A stretch of 60,268 nt of DNA, filler included. It is 5 parts of 5 records of this genome, joined end to end, with 100 filler letters (N's around TTAATTAATTAA, not from the genome) between each part and the next. Parts side by side here need not be neighbours in the genome. Positions count along the whole stretch, not along the records: positions 1 to 7,830 come from SRR31156797_9538; positions 7,931 to 21,226 come from SRR31156797_9541; 3 more parts are not named here. One strand, 5' to 3'. Position 1 is the stretch's first letter. The number at the start of each line of letters is the position of its first letter. Both the position numbers and the translations under genes were made by a program. This document shows, in pieces, positions 1-11,300 of the stretch. The notes below the pieces were generated by a model. It was not told the DNA's origin. It was given only the letters and a program-made list of their open reading frames with translations, and ran no database searches.

Positions 1-930
1 AAAGATAAAAAAGATATTGCTTGGGGTGTTAAAAATAAAGTTGACTATTTTGCAATTTCATTTGTTCAAAGTGCAAAAGATATGGAAACAGCGAGAGCTT
101 TATTAGGAGACTATAAAGGTAAACTTGTTGCAAAAATTGAAAAATTTGATGCAGTTGAAAATATTGATGAGATTATTAAAGCCAGTGATGGACTTATGGT
201 TGCAAGGGGTGACCTTGGTATTGAAGTACCTTATTATGAGGTTCCAACAATTCAAAAAAGACTTATTAAAAAAGCAAATGAAGCTTGCATTCCAGTAATT
301 ACAGCAACTCAAATGCTTTTATCAATGACAGAAAACGAAAGAGCAACAAGAGCGGAAATCTCAGATGTTGCAAATGCAGTTTTAGATGGAACTGATGCTG
401 TTATGCTTTCTGAAGAGAGTGCAGTTGGAGTTGATCCAATCAATACTGTTGAGACTATGTCAAATATTATCGCAAAAACAGAAGAGATTTATCCTTATGA
501 TAAACACGATAAGTTAGCTTATAATGATGAGTTTGATGTTATTCAAGCTACTGCTACAAGATTAGCTGATGATATTGGAGCAAAAGGTATTATTGCACTT
601 ACAAGTTCTGGATTATCGGGTATGAAAATATCTAGATATAGACCAAAAACAAATATCTATATGTTCTCTCACAAAAGAAGAGTTTTAAACCCTATGTGCG
701 CACTATGGGGTGTAAAACCAATCTCTAAAATCAAAGAAGCGGGAGCTTCAAGAATGATTCAAGTGATGTTAAAACAGTTACAAAAAAGAGCTATTTTAGA
801 TAAAAATGCAACATATATTGCTACATTTGGATATCCAGTTGGACAACCAGGAAGTACAAATACAATTAAAATTTTAACTCCATCTGAAATGGAATATTAT
901 TTAAATTTACCAGAAGTTAAGAAGAAGTAA
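1..930 (+). CDS. pyk: Pyruvate kinase, 5'-truncated by the window edge
   Basis: Frame is open from base 1 (KDKKDIAWGV...). Motifs AKIE, MVARGDLG, TATQML, RAEISDVANAVLDGTDAVMLSEESA. Confidence 0.97.
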   Translation, partial: KDKKDIAWGVKNKVDYFAISFVQSAKDMETARALLGDYKGKLVAKIEKFDAVENIDEIIKASDGLMVARGDLGIEVPYYEVPTIQKRLIKKANEACIPVITATQMLLSMTENERATRAEISDVANAVLDGTDAVMLSEESAVGVDPINTVETMSNIIAKTEEIYPYDKHDKLAYNDEFDVIQATATRLADDIGAKGIIALTSSGLSGMKISRYRPKTNIYMFSHKRRVLNPMCALWGVKPISKIKEAGASRMIQVMLKQLQKRAILDKNATYIATFGYPVGQPGSTNTIKILTPSEMEYYLNLPEVKKK

Positions 931-936
931 TTCTTC

Positions 937-2124
937 TTAACTAACTTTTGAATATAAATCTAATAGTTCTATTTGTTTTTGGTATTCGTAGATTTTAAGT
1001 TCTAAGGATTTTATTTTTTGCGAGTTTTGCAAAATATCAACATCTTGTTGTGTTTTAATTTCCGCATCTCTTTCTTGAACAATCACTTCTAATAAAGAAT
1101 CATAAAGTTTATAATCATCTTTTGCAATTTGTCTTTTTCTTTCTATCATTTTTAGTTTAGAAAGTTTTGTATTGTAGAAGTTTTTCTCTTCAAGTTCTAT
1201 GTTTTTTAGGTTTAGTTTTGAAGTTAGATATGTGATTTTTTGTGTTTCAATTTCATTAAATGCTCTTACATCTAAAGGCATTGATAAAGACAAACCATAA
1301 CTATAAGTATTTTCATTGTTTATAGTGTCTCTTTTGTCTTTATGGTATTGTGTATGGTTTGCATTTACACTTAAAGTTGGAAGATAGTTTGAAACAGTCA
1401 TATCTGACAGATAATCATCTTGATTAACTTGTGCTTTTGCTTTTGAAATTTCTAGATTTCTTTTGATAAACTCTTCTTTATCAACTAAACTTAGAGTTGG
1501 TAATTCAAAAGATTGATACTCACCACTTGCAATATTTGCAAAATTACTTAAAAGTTCATCTTTTTGGTAGTATAAATCTGCTAAATCATTTTTTATTTGG
1601 TTTGCATCTAAAATTGAGTTATCTAAAGTTGAAGTGTCCAAAAAGCCATTTAATACTTGTTCTTTTTTTACTGAAACATCAATATTTGCATTTTCTAAAA
1701 GTAATTCACTTCTTTTTATATTTAAATCTAAAATATGCAGATTAAAAAGCATTGTAACTGCTTGAGTAATTAAATCTTTTTTTTGAAGTTCAATATCGTA
1801 GTTGTTGTATTTAAAAGTTGCATTTGCATATTTTATGGCACTATAAATTCCACCACTTTTAAAAATAGGTTGGTCGATTTTTATTGCACTGTTTATTGTA
1901 TCTGCTGTATCACTTTTACTTTTTGAGTAAGACAAAGTTATAGGATTAATCCAATCTTTTTTTAACTTACTAGAACTTTCTTTATTTTTCTCTTTGTTGT
2001 ATTCGAATAGATTTAGTCTATCTTGTGAAAGAATATTTTCATCTACTTTATCTTGTGCCCCTAAAAATAAGGGTACAAGAAAAGAGCCCAAAATTAAAAG
2101 TTTAGCTGATTTTTGAAAGTGCAT
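937..2124 (-). CDS. TolC-family outer membrane efflux protein
   Basis: Signal-peptide-like N-terminus from ATG 2124 (MHFQKSAKLLILGSFLVPLFLGA), helical repeats and a YLPTLSV...YSYGLSLSMPL pattern. Overlaps the argD stop. Confidence 0.75.
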   Translation of the reverse strand: MHFQKSAKLLILGSFLVPLFLGAQDKVDENILSQDRLNLFEYNKEKNKESSSKLKKDWINPITLSYSKSKSDTADTINSAIKIDQPIFKSGGIYSAIKYANATFKYNNYDIELQKKDLITQAVTMLFNLHILDLNIKRSELLLENANIDVSVKKEQVLNGFLDTSTLDNSILDANQIKNDLADLYYQKDELLSNFANIASGEYQSFELPTLSLVDKEEFIKRNLEISKAKAQVNQDDYLSDMTVSNYLPTLSVNANHTQYHKDKRDTINNENTYSYGLSLSMPLDVRAFNEIETQKITYLTSKLNLKNIELEEKNFYNTKLSKLKMIERKRQIAKDDYKLYDSLLEVIVQERDAEIKTQQDVDILQNSQKIKSLELKIYEYQKQIELLDLYSKVS

Positions 2125-3286
2125 TATTAAGTCTTTTGAAGCCTTCATTAATCTCTTCTTTTGATATTGTTAAAGGTGGTAAAAATCTTAGCGTGTTTCT
2201 TCCTGCTTTTAAGATTAAGACTCCCTCCTCAAAACTTTTTGTAATAACATCTTTTAAGATATCTGCATCTTTAACTCTTAGTCCTCTCATAAGTCCTAAA
2301 CCAACTTGTGCTGTAAATATATTTTGATACTTTTCATAAATCTCGTTTAGTTTTTCACCAAAATAGATGATGGTTTCATCTAGCTTTCCTGAATCTTTGT
2401 ATTTTTCTAAGATATCTAATACTTTGTTCCCACTTGCACAACTTAAGTAGTTCCCTCCAAAAGTAGAACCATGGTCACCAGCTTCAAATATATCTTTATG
2501 AGTTGTAATAACTGCACCAATAGGAGCACCTCCACCTAGACCTTTTGCCATAGTAATAACATCAGGTTTGATTTCATAAAGGTTAGAAGCTAAAAACTCA
2601 CCAGTTCTATATGCTCCTGTTTGTACTTCATCGATGATTAATAAAATATCTCTTTCTTTTAAAAATTTTGCTAACTCTTGAACTGCTTCTTTTTCAAAAG
2701 GTTGAACTCCACCTTCACCTTGAACTAATTCAATCATAACTGCAACTGTTTCATCATCAATTGCATTGTAAATATCATCAATAGCAGAATTAAAAGAAAA
2801 ACCATCTGGATATGGAGCAAAGTTTGGACTATGGAAAGACGCTTGTCCTGTTGCTTTTACTGTTGTAATTGTTCTTCCATGAAAAGAGTGTTCTAAAGTG
2901 ATAACTTTGTATCTTTTTCCATCATATTTAGTTTTTCCATATTTTCTTGCAATTTTGATAGCACCTTCATTTGCTTCTGCCCCACTGTTTGCAAAAAAAG
3001 TTCTAACATTCATATTTGATAATTTTGCAATTTTTTCACCAAGTTTTGCTTGTGGTTCTATCGCATATATATTTGAAATATGAGTAATATTTGAAACTTG
3101 TTTATAAATAGCATCTGCTACTTCTTTATTTCCGTGACCTACAGATACAACTCCAATACCTGATGTAAAATCTATATAATCTTTATCTTTTTCATCAAAA
3201 AGTGTTGCATTTATACCTTTTTTAAAATTTACATAATTTCTTGCATAAGTGTGTAATACATACTTTTTATCTAATTCTTCTAGCAT
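2102..3286 (-). CDS. argD: Acetylornithine aminotransferase (class III PLP enzyme)
   Basis: DFTSGIGV, NSGAEANE, SFHGRT, ELVQGEGG, DEVQTG, MAKGLGGG, HGSTFGGN. Confidence 0.93.
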   Translation of the reverse strand: MLEELDKKYVLHTYARNYVNFKKGINATLFDEKDKDYIDFTSGIGVVSVGHGNKEVADAIYKQVSNITHISNIYAIEPQAKLGEKIAKLSNMNVRTFFANSGAEANEGAIKIARKYGKTKYDGKRYKVITLEHSFHGRTITTVKATGQASFHSPNFAPYPDGFSFNSAIDDIYNAIDDETVAVMIELVQGEGGVQPFEKEAVQELAKFLKERDILLIIDEVQTGAYRTGEFLASNLYEIKPDVITMAKGLGGGAPIGAVITTHKDIFEAGDHGSTFGGNYLSCASGNKVLDILEKYKDSGKLDETIIYFGEKLNEIYEKYQNIFTAQVGLGLMRGLRVKDADILKDVITKSFEEGVLILKAGRNTLRFLPPLTISKEEINEGFKRLNNALSKIS

Positions 3287-3415
3287 ATTATTTCCTAATT
3301 TAAACTCCTAGAATTATAGCTAATTTTGTTAAACAATCTATTAATTAATAAGGAAAAAAACTGCTAAAAATAGAGTTTATCAAGCTATATAAAACTATAT
3401 AGGTTATAATAGTTT

Positions 3416-4096
3416 ATGGAAAAAACAATTTATGAAAATATTAAAGTTCTTGTAGTAGAAGATGATGAAATAGCTAGAGAAAATGCAGTTGAATATCTGC
3501 AAGAGTATTTTTCTATTATTTATGAAGCTGCAAACGCTTTAGATGCTTTAAGACTTTATGAATCAAAAAAACCAGATATTATTATAACTGATATTCAAAT
3601 GCCTAAATTAGATGGTTTAGAGTTTGTAAAAAGAATTCGTCAAAAAGATAAAAAAGTTCAAGTTATAGTTTTAACAGCCTTTTGCGATAAAGATTATTTA
3701 CTAAAAGCTGTGGAGTTACAGTTGGTAAAATATTTAGTAAAACCAATAAATGAGCAAGAATTGGATTTGGCAATCAAAAACTCAATTGAAGCACTAAAAA
3801 CCGATGAAACAAATATTGTAAAAATAAAAGAAAATATAGTTTTTGATATGTTTAATTTAGTTTTACTAAAAGATAATGAAATTGTAAAACTAAGAACAAA
3901 AGAGTTAGACTTTCTAAAACTTTTGATAAAAAATAAAAATAGATATGTAAGTTATCAAGAGATTGAAAACTTTGTTTGGGATGAACAAGTTATGACAAAA
4001 GACGCTTTGAAAAGTTTAGTAAGGTCTTTGAAAAATAAAATTTCAAAAGATTTTATACTTAATCTATCTGGGACAGGATATAAAATTGCACTTTGA
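3416..4096 (+). CDS. OmpR-family response regulator
   Basis: Receiver motifs VEDD, TDIQMP, KP; C-terminal winged helix ending G.GY. Confidence 0.92.
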   Translation: MEKTIYENIKVLVVEDDEIARENAVEYLQEYFSIIYEAANALDALRLYESKKPDIIITDIQMPKLDGLEFVKRIRQKDKKVQVIVLTAFCDKDYLLKAVELQLVKYLVKPINEQELDLAIKNSIEALKTDETNIVKIKENIVFDMFNLVLLKDNEIVKLRTKELDFLKLLIKNKNRYVSYQEIENFVWDEQVMTKDALKSLVRSLKNKISKDFILNLSGTGYKIAL

Positions 4097-5405
4097 GTAC
4101 AGCATCCTTTTTTATGGAATAACATTTGGAATAGTTTTAATGACAATTGTTTATACTTTTATTAGATATATTTACTCTAGGGAGATTTTCTATATAAGTT
4201 ATTGTTTTATGCAATTGTTTTCTTTGTTTTATATTGTAGAGTATAGTAGTTTGTGGGTTTTGAATCCACTTTGGAAAGATGTTTCTTTGATATTTGCCAG
4301 TCTTAGTGCTTTGGTTTTTGCAATAAATTTTTTTCAAGGAAAGTTTATACCTGTAATGAAAAACTACAAAGAACTTTTTATTAATACTTTATTATTAAAT
4401 ATTGTGATTTTAAGCGCTTTTTATCATTATATGCTTTTTGAATATCTACCTTATACAATAATTTATGGAATACTTTTTATATCTGTTATATTCAATCTAA
4501 AAGATACATTTAAACCTATACTTGTATATGTTTTGGGTTGGTCTTTATTCTGTTTTTTACTTTTTGTTTTTGATTTTAAAACCTTTTATGAACAAAAAGG
4601 ATTCTTGGATTTAGTTTTATTGGCTTTTGCAATTGAAGCAATACTTTTTACTATCTCTGTTTCTTATAAATACAAAAACCTAAAACAAGAGAAAAAAGAG
4701 TTTGAAAATATGCTTTTTCAGCAGTCAAAACTTGCAAAATCTGGAGAAATGATTGCAAATATTACTCATCAGTTTAGACAACCTTTAAATAATCTTTCAT
4801 ATATACTTATTAATCTAAAGAAAAAGTATTCTAAAAATGAATTAACAAATGAATATTTTGAAAAAAAGTTTTCACAGGCAAATGAGCAAATAGAGTTTTT
4901 ATCAAAAACAATAAATGATTTTAAAGAGTTCTATCAACCCTCAAAGAAAAAAGAGATTTTTTTAGTTAAAGATGCAATCTCAAATGTAAAAACAATATTT
5001 GAAGAGGATTTAAAAAAGCACAATATAGCGGTGGAAGTTACTTTTAAAACTGATGAAAATATCAAAATCTATGGGATAAAAAATGAATTAGCACAAGTGT
5101 TTTTGGCTATTTTATCAAATAGTAAAGATGTTTTGAAAAATATAGAAAACCCAAAAATCATCATTGAAATTGATTCAAATAGTGCAGAAGTAGAGATTAG
5201 AATATCTAACAATGGACCAGAAATCTCAAAAGAGAATATTCAAAAAATATTTGAACCATATTTTTCCACAAAAGAAGAGGGTAGTGGTTTAGGTTTATTT
5301 TTAAGTAAGCAAATAATAGAAGAGAGTTTTAATGGAAAGATTGAGGTTTCTAACAACAATAAGAGAGTTTGTTTCTCTCTTATTATTGAAAAGGCTGTTA
5401 TTTGA
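4086..5405 (+). CDS. Multi-TM sensor histidine kinase
   Basis: Hydrophobic N-terminal ~190 aa, H-box ITHQFRQPL, NNGPEI, FEPYFSTK, GSGLGL. TTG start overlaps the regulator stop. Confidence 0.9.
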   Translation: MHFEYSILFYGITFGIVLMTIVYTFIRYIYSREIFYISYCFMQLFSLFYIVEYSSLWVLNPLWKDVSLIFASLSALVFAINFFQGKFIPVMKNYKELFINTLLLNIVILSAFYHYMLFEYLPYTIIYGILFISVIFNLKDTFKPILVYVLGWSLFCFLLFVFDFKTFYEQKGFLDLVLLAFAIEAILFTISVSYKYKNLKQEKKEFENMLFQQSKLAKSGEMIANITHQFRQPLNNLSYILINLKKKYSKNELTNEYFEKKFSQANEQIEFLSKTINDFKEFYQPSKKKEIFLVKDAISNVKTIFEEDLKKHNIAVEVTFKTDENIKIYGIKNELAQVFLAILSNSKDVLKNIENPKIIIEIDSNSAEVEIRISNNGPEISKENIQKIFEPYFSTKEEGSGLGLFLSKQIIEESFNGKIEVSNNNKRVCFSLIIEKAVI

Positions 5406-6741
5406 ATAGATCGTTTCTAGGATAGATAAAAGATAAATCCCAAGTTTGTTTTTTATCTATATTTTTATTTGCAAAAATATCAATTTTTATATCAAGTGGA
5501 GTATCTTTTTTATCTGATATATATAGTCTTTTTTTAGTTTTAACTCTTACAACTTTTTTCACTCTTTGATTAGGTAGTAAAACAAAAGGTTTAAATCTTT
5601 TTAGTTCAAAATCTTTATTGTTTTGTAGTTTCATTTCCATAGTAATACTTTCATCTTTCATATTTGAAAAAGTAAAAACATAGTTGTTTGATACAGTTTT
5701 ATCATCATTGATTTTATACAGTTGCGTAGTTTTATTTATGTTGATAATAAAATCTTTTTTCTCTACAACGGTTGTAGTTGCTAAAACAACACAAGCTATT
5801 AAACTAGCAAAATATGCCAAGTTTCTTTTTGATAATAGATTAGTTTTGATTCTATTTATAACACTATTTGTACTTCCCCATTCAATTAAAGATTTTTTCC
5901 CAAGTTTTCCCATAACTGTACTACAAGCATCAGAACACTCCAAACAGTTTATACATTCAACTTGCAAACCTTTTCTTATATCAATATGAGTTGGGCAAAC
6001 TTTTACACATGCTTCACAAGTTGTACACTCTTCGTTTGAAGTCCATTGTTTAACATCAAATATAGATTTTTCAGAGTTTTTATAAATATCTCCACCTCTA
6101 TTTGTGTTATAAACAACTTGCACTGTATTATCATCATATAAAACAGATTGGATTCTTGAGTAAGGACAAGTATATGTACAAAAATCTTCTTTCCAAAAAA
6201 CAATATCATATATAAGAAAACCTGCAATTGTTATTACAACTAAAATCATAAAACTATGCTCTTTAGGTGCTTGAATATATTGGAAAAAGTCTTCTGGTGG
6301 AACAAAGTACCACATAAAGTTTGAAGCAACTAAAAGCGATAAAACTCCCCAAATAATTATTGCTACATATTTTTTGATTTTATTTGTATGTTTATTATAA
6401 TCAATATCTTTTTGTTTGTTTTTTATTCTTCTTAGTTTCAAAAGTTTTGTTTCAATCAAATCCCTAAAGATAACTCTAAAAATAGTTTGAGGACAAGCCC
6501 ATCCACACCATACTCTACCAAATATAGTAGTTATTGCAAAAATACCTATAAAAAGAAGCATTAGCAAAAATGGCATAACATATAACTCATTTACATCAAA
6601 GACAAATCCTATAAAATGAAATTTAAAGTCTTCAAATGACAACATCAACATATGATTACCTTTTATTGTAATAAATGGTAAAATAAAAACAAAAATAGTA
6701 AGAACCCCATATGTTAGGTACCTTTTATTAGTATAACTCAT
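5398..6741 (-). CDS. ccoG: Cytochrome c oxidase accessory 4Fe-4S protein CcoG/FixG
   Basis: GRVWCGWACPQT, CTYTCPY, CTTCEACVKVCP, CINCLECSDAC. RBS AAGGAG precedes ATG 6741. Confidence 0.92.
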   Translation of the reverse strand: MSYTNKRYLTYGVLTIFVFILPFITIKGNHMLMLSFEDFKFHFIGFVFDVNELYVMPFLLMLLFIGIFAITTIFGRVWCGWACPQTIFRVIFRDLIETKLLKLRRIKNKQKDIDYNKHTNKIKKYVAIIIWGVLSLLVASNFMWYFVPPEDFFQYIQAPKEHSFMILVVITIAGFLIYDIVFWKEDFCTYTCPYSRIQSVLYDDNTVQVVYNTNRGGDIYKNSEKSIFDVKQWTSNEECTTCEACVKVCPTHIDIRKGLQVECINCLECSDACSTVMGKLGKKSLIEWGSTNSVINRIKTNLLSKRNLAYFASLIACVVLATTTVVEKKDFIININKTTQLYKINDDKTVSNNYVFTFSNMKDESITMEMKLQNNKDFELKRFKPFVLLPNQRVKKVVRVKTKKRLYISDKKDTPLDIKIDIFANKNIDKKQTWDLSFIYPRNDLFK

Positions 6742-6775
6742 ACAATCTCCTTTGATAATTAAAAATATATTTATA

Positions 6776-6797
6776 AAAAGTGTCACAAAAGTGTCAC
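6776..6797. promoter_or_regulatory. Tandem 11-bp direct repeat (AAAAGTGTCAC x2), OmpR/PhoB-type operator candidate
   Basis: Exact repeat at one helical turn spacing, in the divergent intergenic region ~35 bp upstream of ccoG. Confidence 0.55.
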
Positions 6798-6878
6798 ACT
6801 TAAAAAAAATGGTTAATTTTTTAATATTTGTAATTTTTTACAAAGAAGTAGTACTATTAATAAAATAAAGGATTTAAT

Positions 6879-7085
6879 ATGGATGTTTCTATTATAAATT
6901 CAAATGATGTAGAGGGACTAAACAAATACATTGGTGATAATATTCAAATTATCAATATAAAATTTAGAGAAGACCTTCACTTTGTAGAGATGACATCTAC
7001 AGATAATGAAGTATTTAGAGCCTTTGCAAACAATAGAAAAAAAGCTATTGAAAATACTCTAAAAGCTATTAAAAGAGTACACTAA
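6879..7085 (+). CDS. Small hypothetical protein (68 aa)
   Basis: RBS AAGGA upstream, fills the intergenic space, and is followed by a hairpin. Confidence 0.6.
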   Translation: MDVSIINSNDVEGLNKYIGDNIQIINIKFREDLHFVEMTSTDNEVFRAFANNRKKAIENTLKAIKRVH

Positions 7086-7094
7086 TACTCTTTT
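7071..7094 (+). terminator. Putative intrinsic terminator overlapping the stop codon
   Basis: AAAAGAGTA / TACTCTTTT inverted repeat. Confidence 0.4.
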
Positions 7095-7187
7095 ATCCTC
7101 ACAAAAAAATACTATTTTTTCCTTGCTTATGTAAATATTTATTAAACACTATTTAGATAAAATTCAAATCAAAATTAAAGGAAGAAA

Positions 7188-7830
7188 ATGCAGCATTTGA
7201 TAACTACAGGTGACTTTACTAAAGAAGAGATTCTAAAGATTTATGATGATGCAAAAATATTTTTAGATATGGAATCTAGTGAGGTTCTTAAAGGTAAAGT
7301 TATTGTTAACCTGTTTTTTGAAAACTCTACTAGAACAAGAGGTGCCTTTGAAATGGCTGCAAAAAGACTTGGAGCACAAGTTATCTCTTTAGATGTTGGA
7401 ACAAGTTCAACAAATAAAGGTGAAACGGTATTTGACACAGTTATGAATATCAATGCAATGAGACCAGATGCAATTGTTATTAGACACTCTGATTGTAATT
7501 TCCACAGAACTTTAGTTGATTATGTAGATTGTCCTATTATTAATGCAGGTGCAGGAAAAACAGCGCATCCAACGCAAGCTTTATTAGACCTATTTACTAT
7601 TAGAGAATATTTTGATGGTGAAGTTGAAGGTAAAAAAGTTGCAATTGTAGGTGATGTAAAATCTTCAAGAGTTGCAGGTTCAAATAAAGAATTACTTCCA
7701 AGATTTGGTGTAGATGTAAGTTTTGTTGCACCAGATTGCTTTAAATATGAAGATGAAAACTTAAAACAATACGACCTACTTGATGAAATCATAGATGACA
7801 TTGATGTTGTTATGAGTTTAAGAACTCAAC
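7188..7830 (+). CDS. pyrB: Aspartate carbamoyltransferase catalytic subunit, 3'-truncated at the contig end
   Basis: FFENSTRT, INAG, HPTQALLD, GDVKSSRVA, SLRTQ. Confidence 0.95.
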
Positions 7831-7930
7831 NNNNNNNNNNNNNNNNNNNNNNNNNNNNNNNNNNNNNNNNNNNNTTAATTAATTAANNNNNNNNNNNNNN
7901 NNNNNNNNNNNNNNNNNNNNNNNNNNNNNN
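7831..7930. other. Artificial contig linker
   Basis: 44 N + TTAATTAATTAA (stops in all six frames) + 44 N. Confidence 0.99.
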
Positions 7931-8386
7931 TGCTGGTCCACTTCCTACTACTGCTACTTTTTTCCCAATTTTTTCTTTTGGGAAAAGTGGTTTTAGTCCT
8001 TGCTCAAATGCTGTTTCACTAATATGAGTTTCAACTGCTCCAATAGTGATCGCACCATGAGTGTCATTTAATGTACAATCTCCCTCACATAATACATCTT
8101 GAGGACAGATTCTTCCAAGAATCTCTGGAAATGGTGAAGTTTCATTTGAAATATTAAATGCAAGCTCTAAATCTTTGTTTGCAGTTTGTTTCAACCATGC
8201 TGGGATAATATTGTGTAATGGACACTTATTATGACAATATGGGTCACCACACCCTATACATCTCTCAGCTTGTTCTTCTGCTTTATTTTTATCAAATACA
8301 TTATACACTTCATCAAAGTCTTTGATTCTCTCTAATACCCCACGTTTGCTTGGGTTATTTCTATCTACTTTTGTAAAGTTAAGCAT
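7931..8386 (-). CDS. gltD: Glutamate synthase small subunit, 3'-truncated
   Basis: RCIGCGDPYCHNKCPLHN, LGRICPQDVLCEGDC, VAVVGSGPA. Lies directly after gltB. Confidence 0.95.
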
Positions 8387-8389
8387 ATT

Positions 8390-11300
8390 CTAGTCTCCCT
8401 GCTCTGGACTTAGTGGTAATACTTTCATATCTTTTGGTTTTACCATCCAGAAATTTCTTATTTCTGATCTAAAATGCTCTAATATATATTCAGCATTTTC
8501 TGATTCTGTTTGTGATACATAATCTCTTAGTAAGTTTTTAAGATAGATTCTTTCTAACTCTGTATCATCTGTATCGATTCTAAGAGCTTCAATAAGCTCT
8601 TGGTTCATATTGTCTATAAACTCTCTATCTTTATCATAGATAAATCCAAGTCCACCTGTCATACCAGCACCAAAGTTGATTCCAGTTTTTCCAAGGATCA
8701 CAACAATACCACCTGTCATATATTCACAGGCACTATCTCCAGTACCTTCAACAACGGCGATACATCCAGAGTTTCTTACAGCAAATCTCTCACCTACCAT
8801 AGCTCTAACGTATAGTTTTCCACCAGTTGCTCCATATAGACAAGTATTTCCTGCACCTGCATACTCACTTCCTTGAAGCTGAGGCTTAATGATGATCTTA
8901 CCACCATTCATCCCTTTCCCAACATAGTCATTTGCTACACCATTAAGATTAATTGTAACTCCTCGTGAAAGAAAAGTACCAAATGATTGTCCAGCAACTC
9001 CTGTTAAGTTGTACGTAATAGTATCTTCTGCTAGACCTTCATCTCCATATCTTCTTGCAATCTCCCCTGAAGTAAGTGTTCCAAAACTTCTATTAAGGTT
9101 AGAGATCTCAGCTGCTACTGCAATTGGTTTAGATGGGTTTTCAATAGTACTCATCACTTTTCTAAGAAGTTTTTTAGACTCTTCATTCTTATCATATGGT
9201 TCATTTGATTCCACTTGACAAGTGTCAACTCCATCAACTCTTCGTAATACATTTTGGAAATCAAATTTCTGTGCAAATTCATCATCTAAAACTTCTAATA
9301 GATCACTTCTACCAATAATATCTTCCATCTTAGAGTATCCAAGATGAGCAAGAATCTCTCTTACATCTTCAGCTAAGAATGTAAAGTAAGAGATCAGTCT
9401 CTCAACTGTTCCACTAAACTTCTCTCTAAGATCTTCATCTTGAGTTGCAACTCCTACAGAACATTTATTTGTATGACAAATTCTAAGGATTTTACAACCT
9501 AATAGTGTCAATGCTGCTGTACCGAAAGCATATGATTCAGCTCCAAGCATTGCTGCTTTTACCACATCTATACCAGATTTTAATCCACCATCTGTTTGAA
9601 GATGCACTTGTGCTCTTAAATGGTTTGCTTTAAGTGCATTATGCGCTTCTACAAGTCCAAGCTCCCATGGGTTTCCTGTATATTTGATAGATGTAAGTGG
9701 TGCTGCACCTGTTCCACCATCTGCTCCAGAGATAATAATCTTATCAGCATACGCTTTAGCAACTCCTGCTGCAATAGTACCAACACCAATCGTTGATACA
9801 AGTTTTACTGTTACTGTTGCAGTTGGATTGATCTGTTTAAGATCAAAGATCAACTGTGCAAGATCCTCAATAGAATAAATATCATGATGAGGAGGAGGTG
9901 AAATGAGTGTTACTCCTGGTGTAGTATGTCTAAGCTTAGCGATCATCTCAGTTACTTTAGCTCCTGGAAGCTGACCACCCTCACCTGGTTTTGCACCTTG
10001 TGCTAGTTTAATTTGTAACTCTTCACAGTTTACAAGATATCCTGGAGTTACTCCAAAACGTCCTGATGCAATCTGTTTAATCTTAGAATTCTTCAGAGTA
10101 TTAAATCTAGCAGGATCTTCTCCACCCTCACCTGAGTTTGAAGCTCCACCAATCGTATTCATCGCAGTTGCAATTGCTTCATGAGCTTCAACTGAGATCG
10201 ATCCACATGACATAGCAGCTGCTGCAAATCTTTTAAAGATATCCTCTTTTGATTCTACTTCCTCTACTGCAATTGGTGTCTTATCAGTTTTAAATTTAAA
10301 GAAATCTCTAATAAACTTTTTATCTCTTCCTTCAACCAGTTTTTTCAATGTTTTAAAATCACTGATATCCTCTTTCCCTGTTGCGTTTTTATTATGCATT
10401 GCATGAGTAACTGCTGGAGCATAATCGTGATATTCTCCACCATCAAGATACTTATAAAATCCTCCCATTTCAAGAGGAAACATAGTTTTGTCATCATGAA
10501 ATGCTTCAAAATGGATCTTTTCAACTCTTTTTTCAATATCTTCGTAGCTAAGACCTGAAAGATCACTATTAGCATGATGGAAACAATCTTTTACGATCTC
10601 ATCATTTAATCCAATTATATCAAATAATGAAGAGTTTCTATAACTCGCCATTGTAGAGATACCCATCTTTGACATAATCTTTAAAATCCCTGCTCCCATA
10701 GCTTTGCTACTGTTTTTAAGCTTTTGTTGTAACTCATATGGTGAGATATTTTTTCTCTCATAAAATGATACAATTGAAGCATACATCATATATGGATAGA
10801 TCACTGCTGCACCAAAAGCAAAAAGTACTGCAGCTGCATGAGGATCATAGATCTCACTTGTAACACATACAATAGATACTGTACTTCTAATATTATCCTC
10901 TAAAAGCTGTTGATTAATATACCCAACTGCAAATACAATAGGAATCATTTTCTTATCAAGTCCTAGACTTCTATCATCTAAAATAACAATACTAACATTA
11001 TCATTGACAACTGCATCTTTAATATCTGTATAAAGTTTTTCAAGGCTTTGTTTTAAATCACCGTCAAAAGTTGTATTAAAAGTTCTATTTTTATAATCTT
11101 CATCATAATGAACACTCTTTTCATCACCAAAGCTTAAAAGTACATCATACTTTTCTTTCATTAGAATAGGAGATGCTGCTTTGATTCTTTTTGAGTTTTC
11201 TGGGCACTCTTCTAAGATATTATAGGCGTGTCCAAGTCCAGTGTTAAGTGACATTACCACTTTTTCTCTATATGGATCGATTGGTGGGTTTGTCACTTGC

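Noticed and set aside
7875-7886. Recurring TTAATTAATTAA as a biological repeat
   Set aside because: It is always centred in 88 Ns, so it is an artificial spacer.
7188-8386. ORF-track calls running into X stretches (pyrB, gltD; also 30710-31195)
   Set aside because: Their ends are produced by linker stop codons. They are truncated genes, not pseudogenes or fusions.
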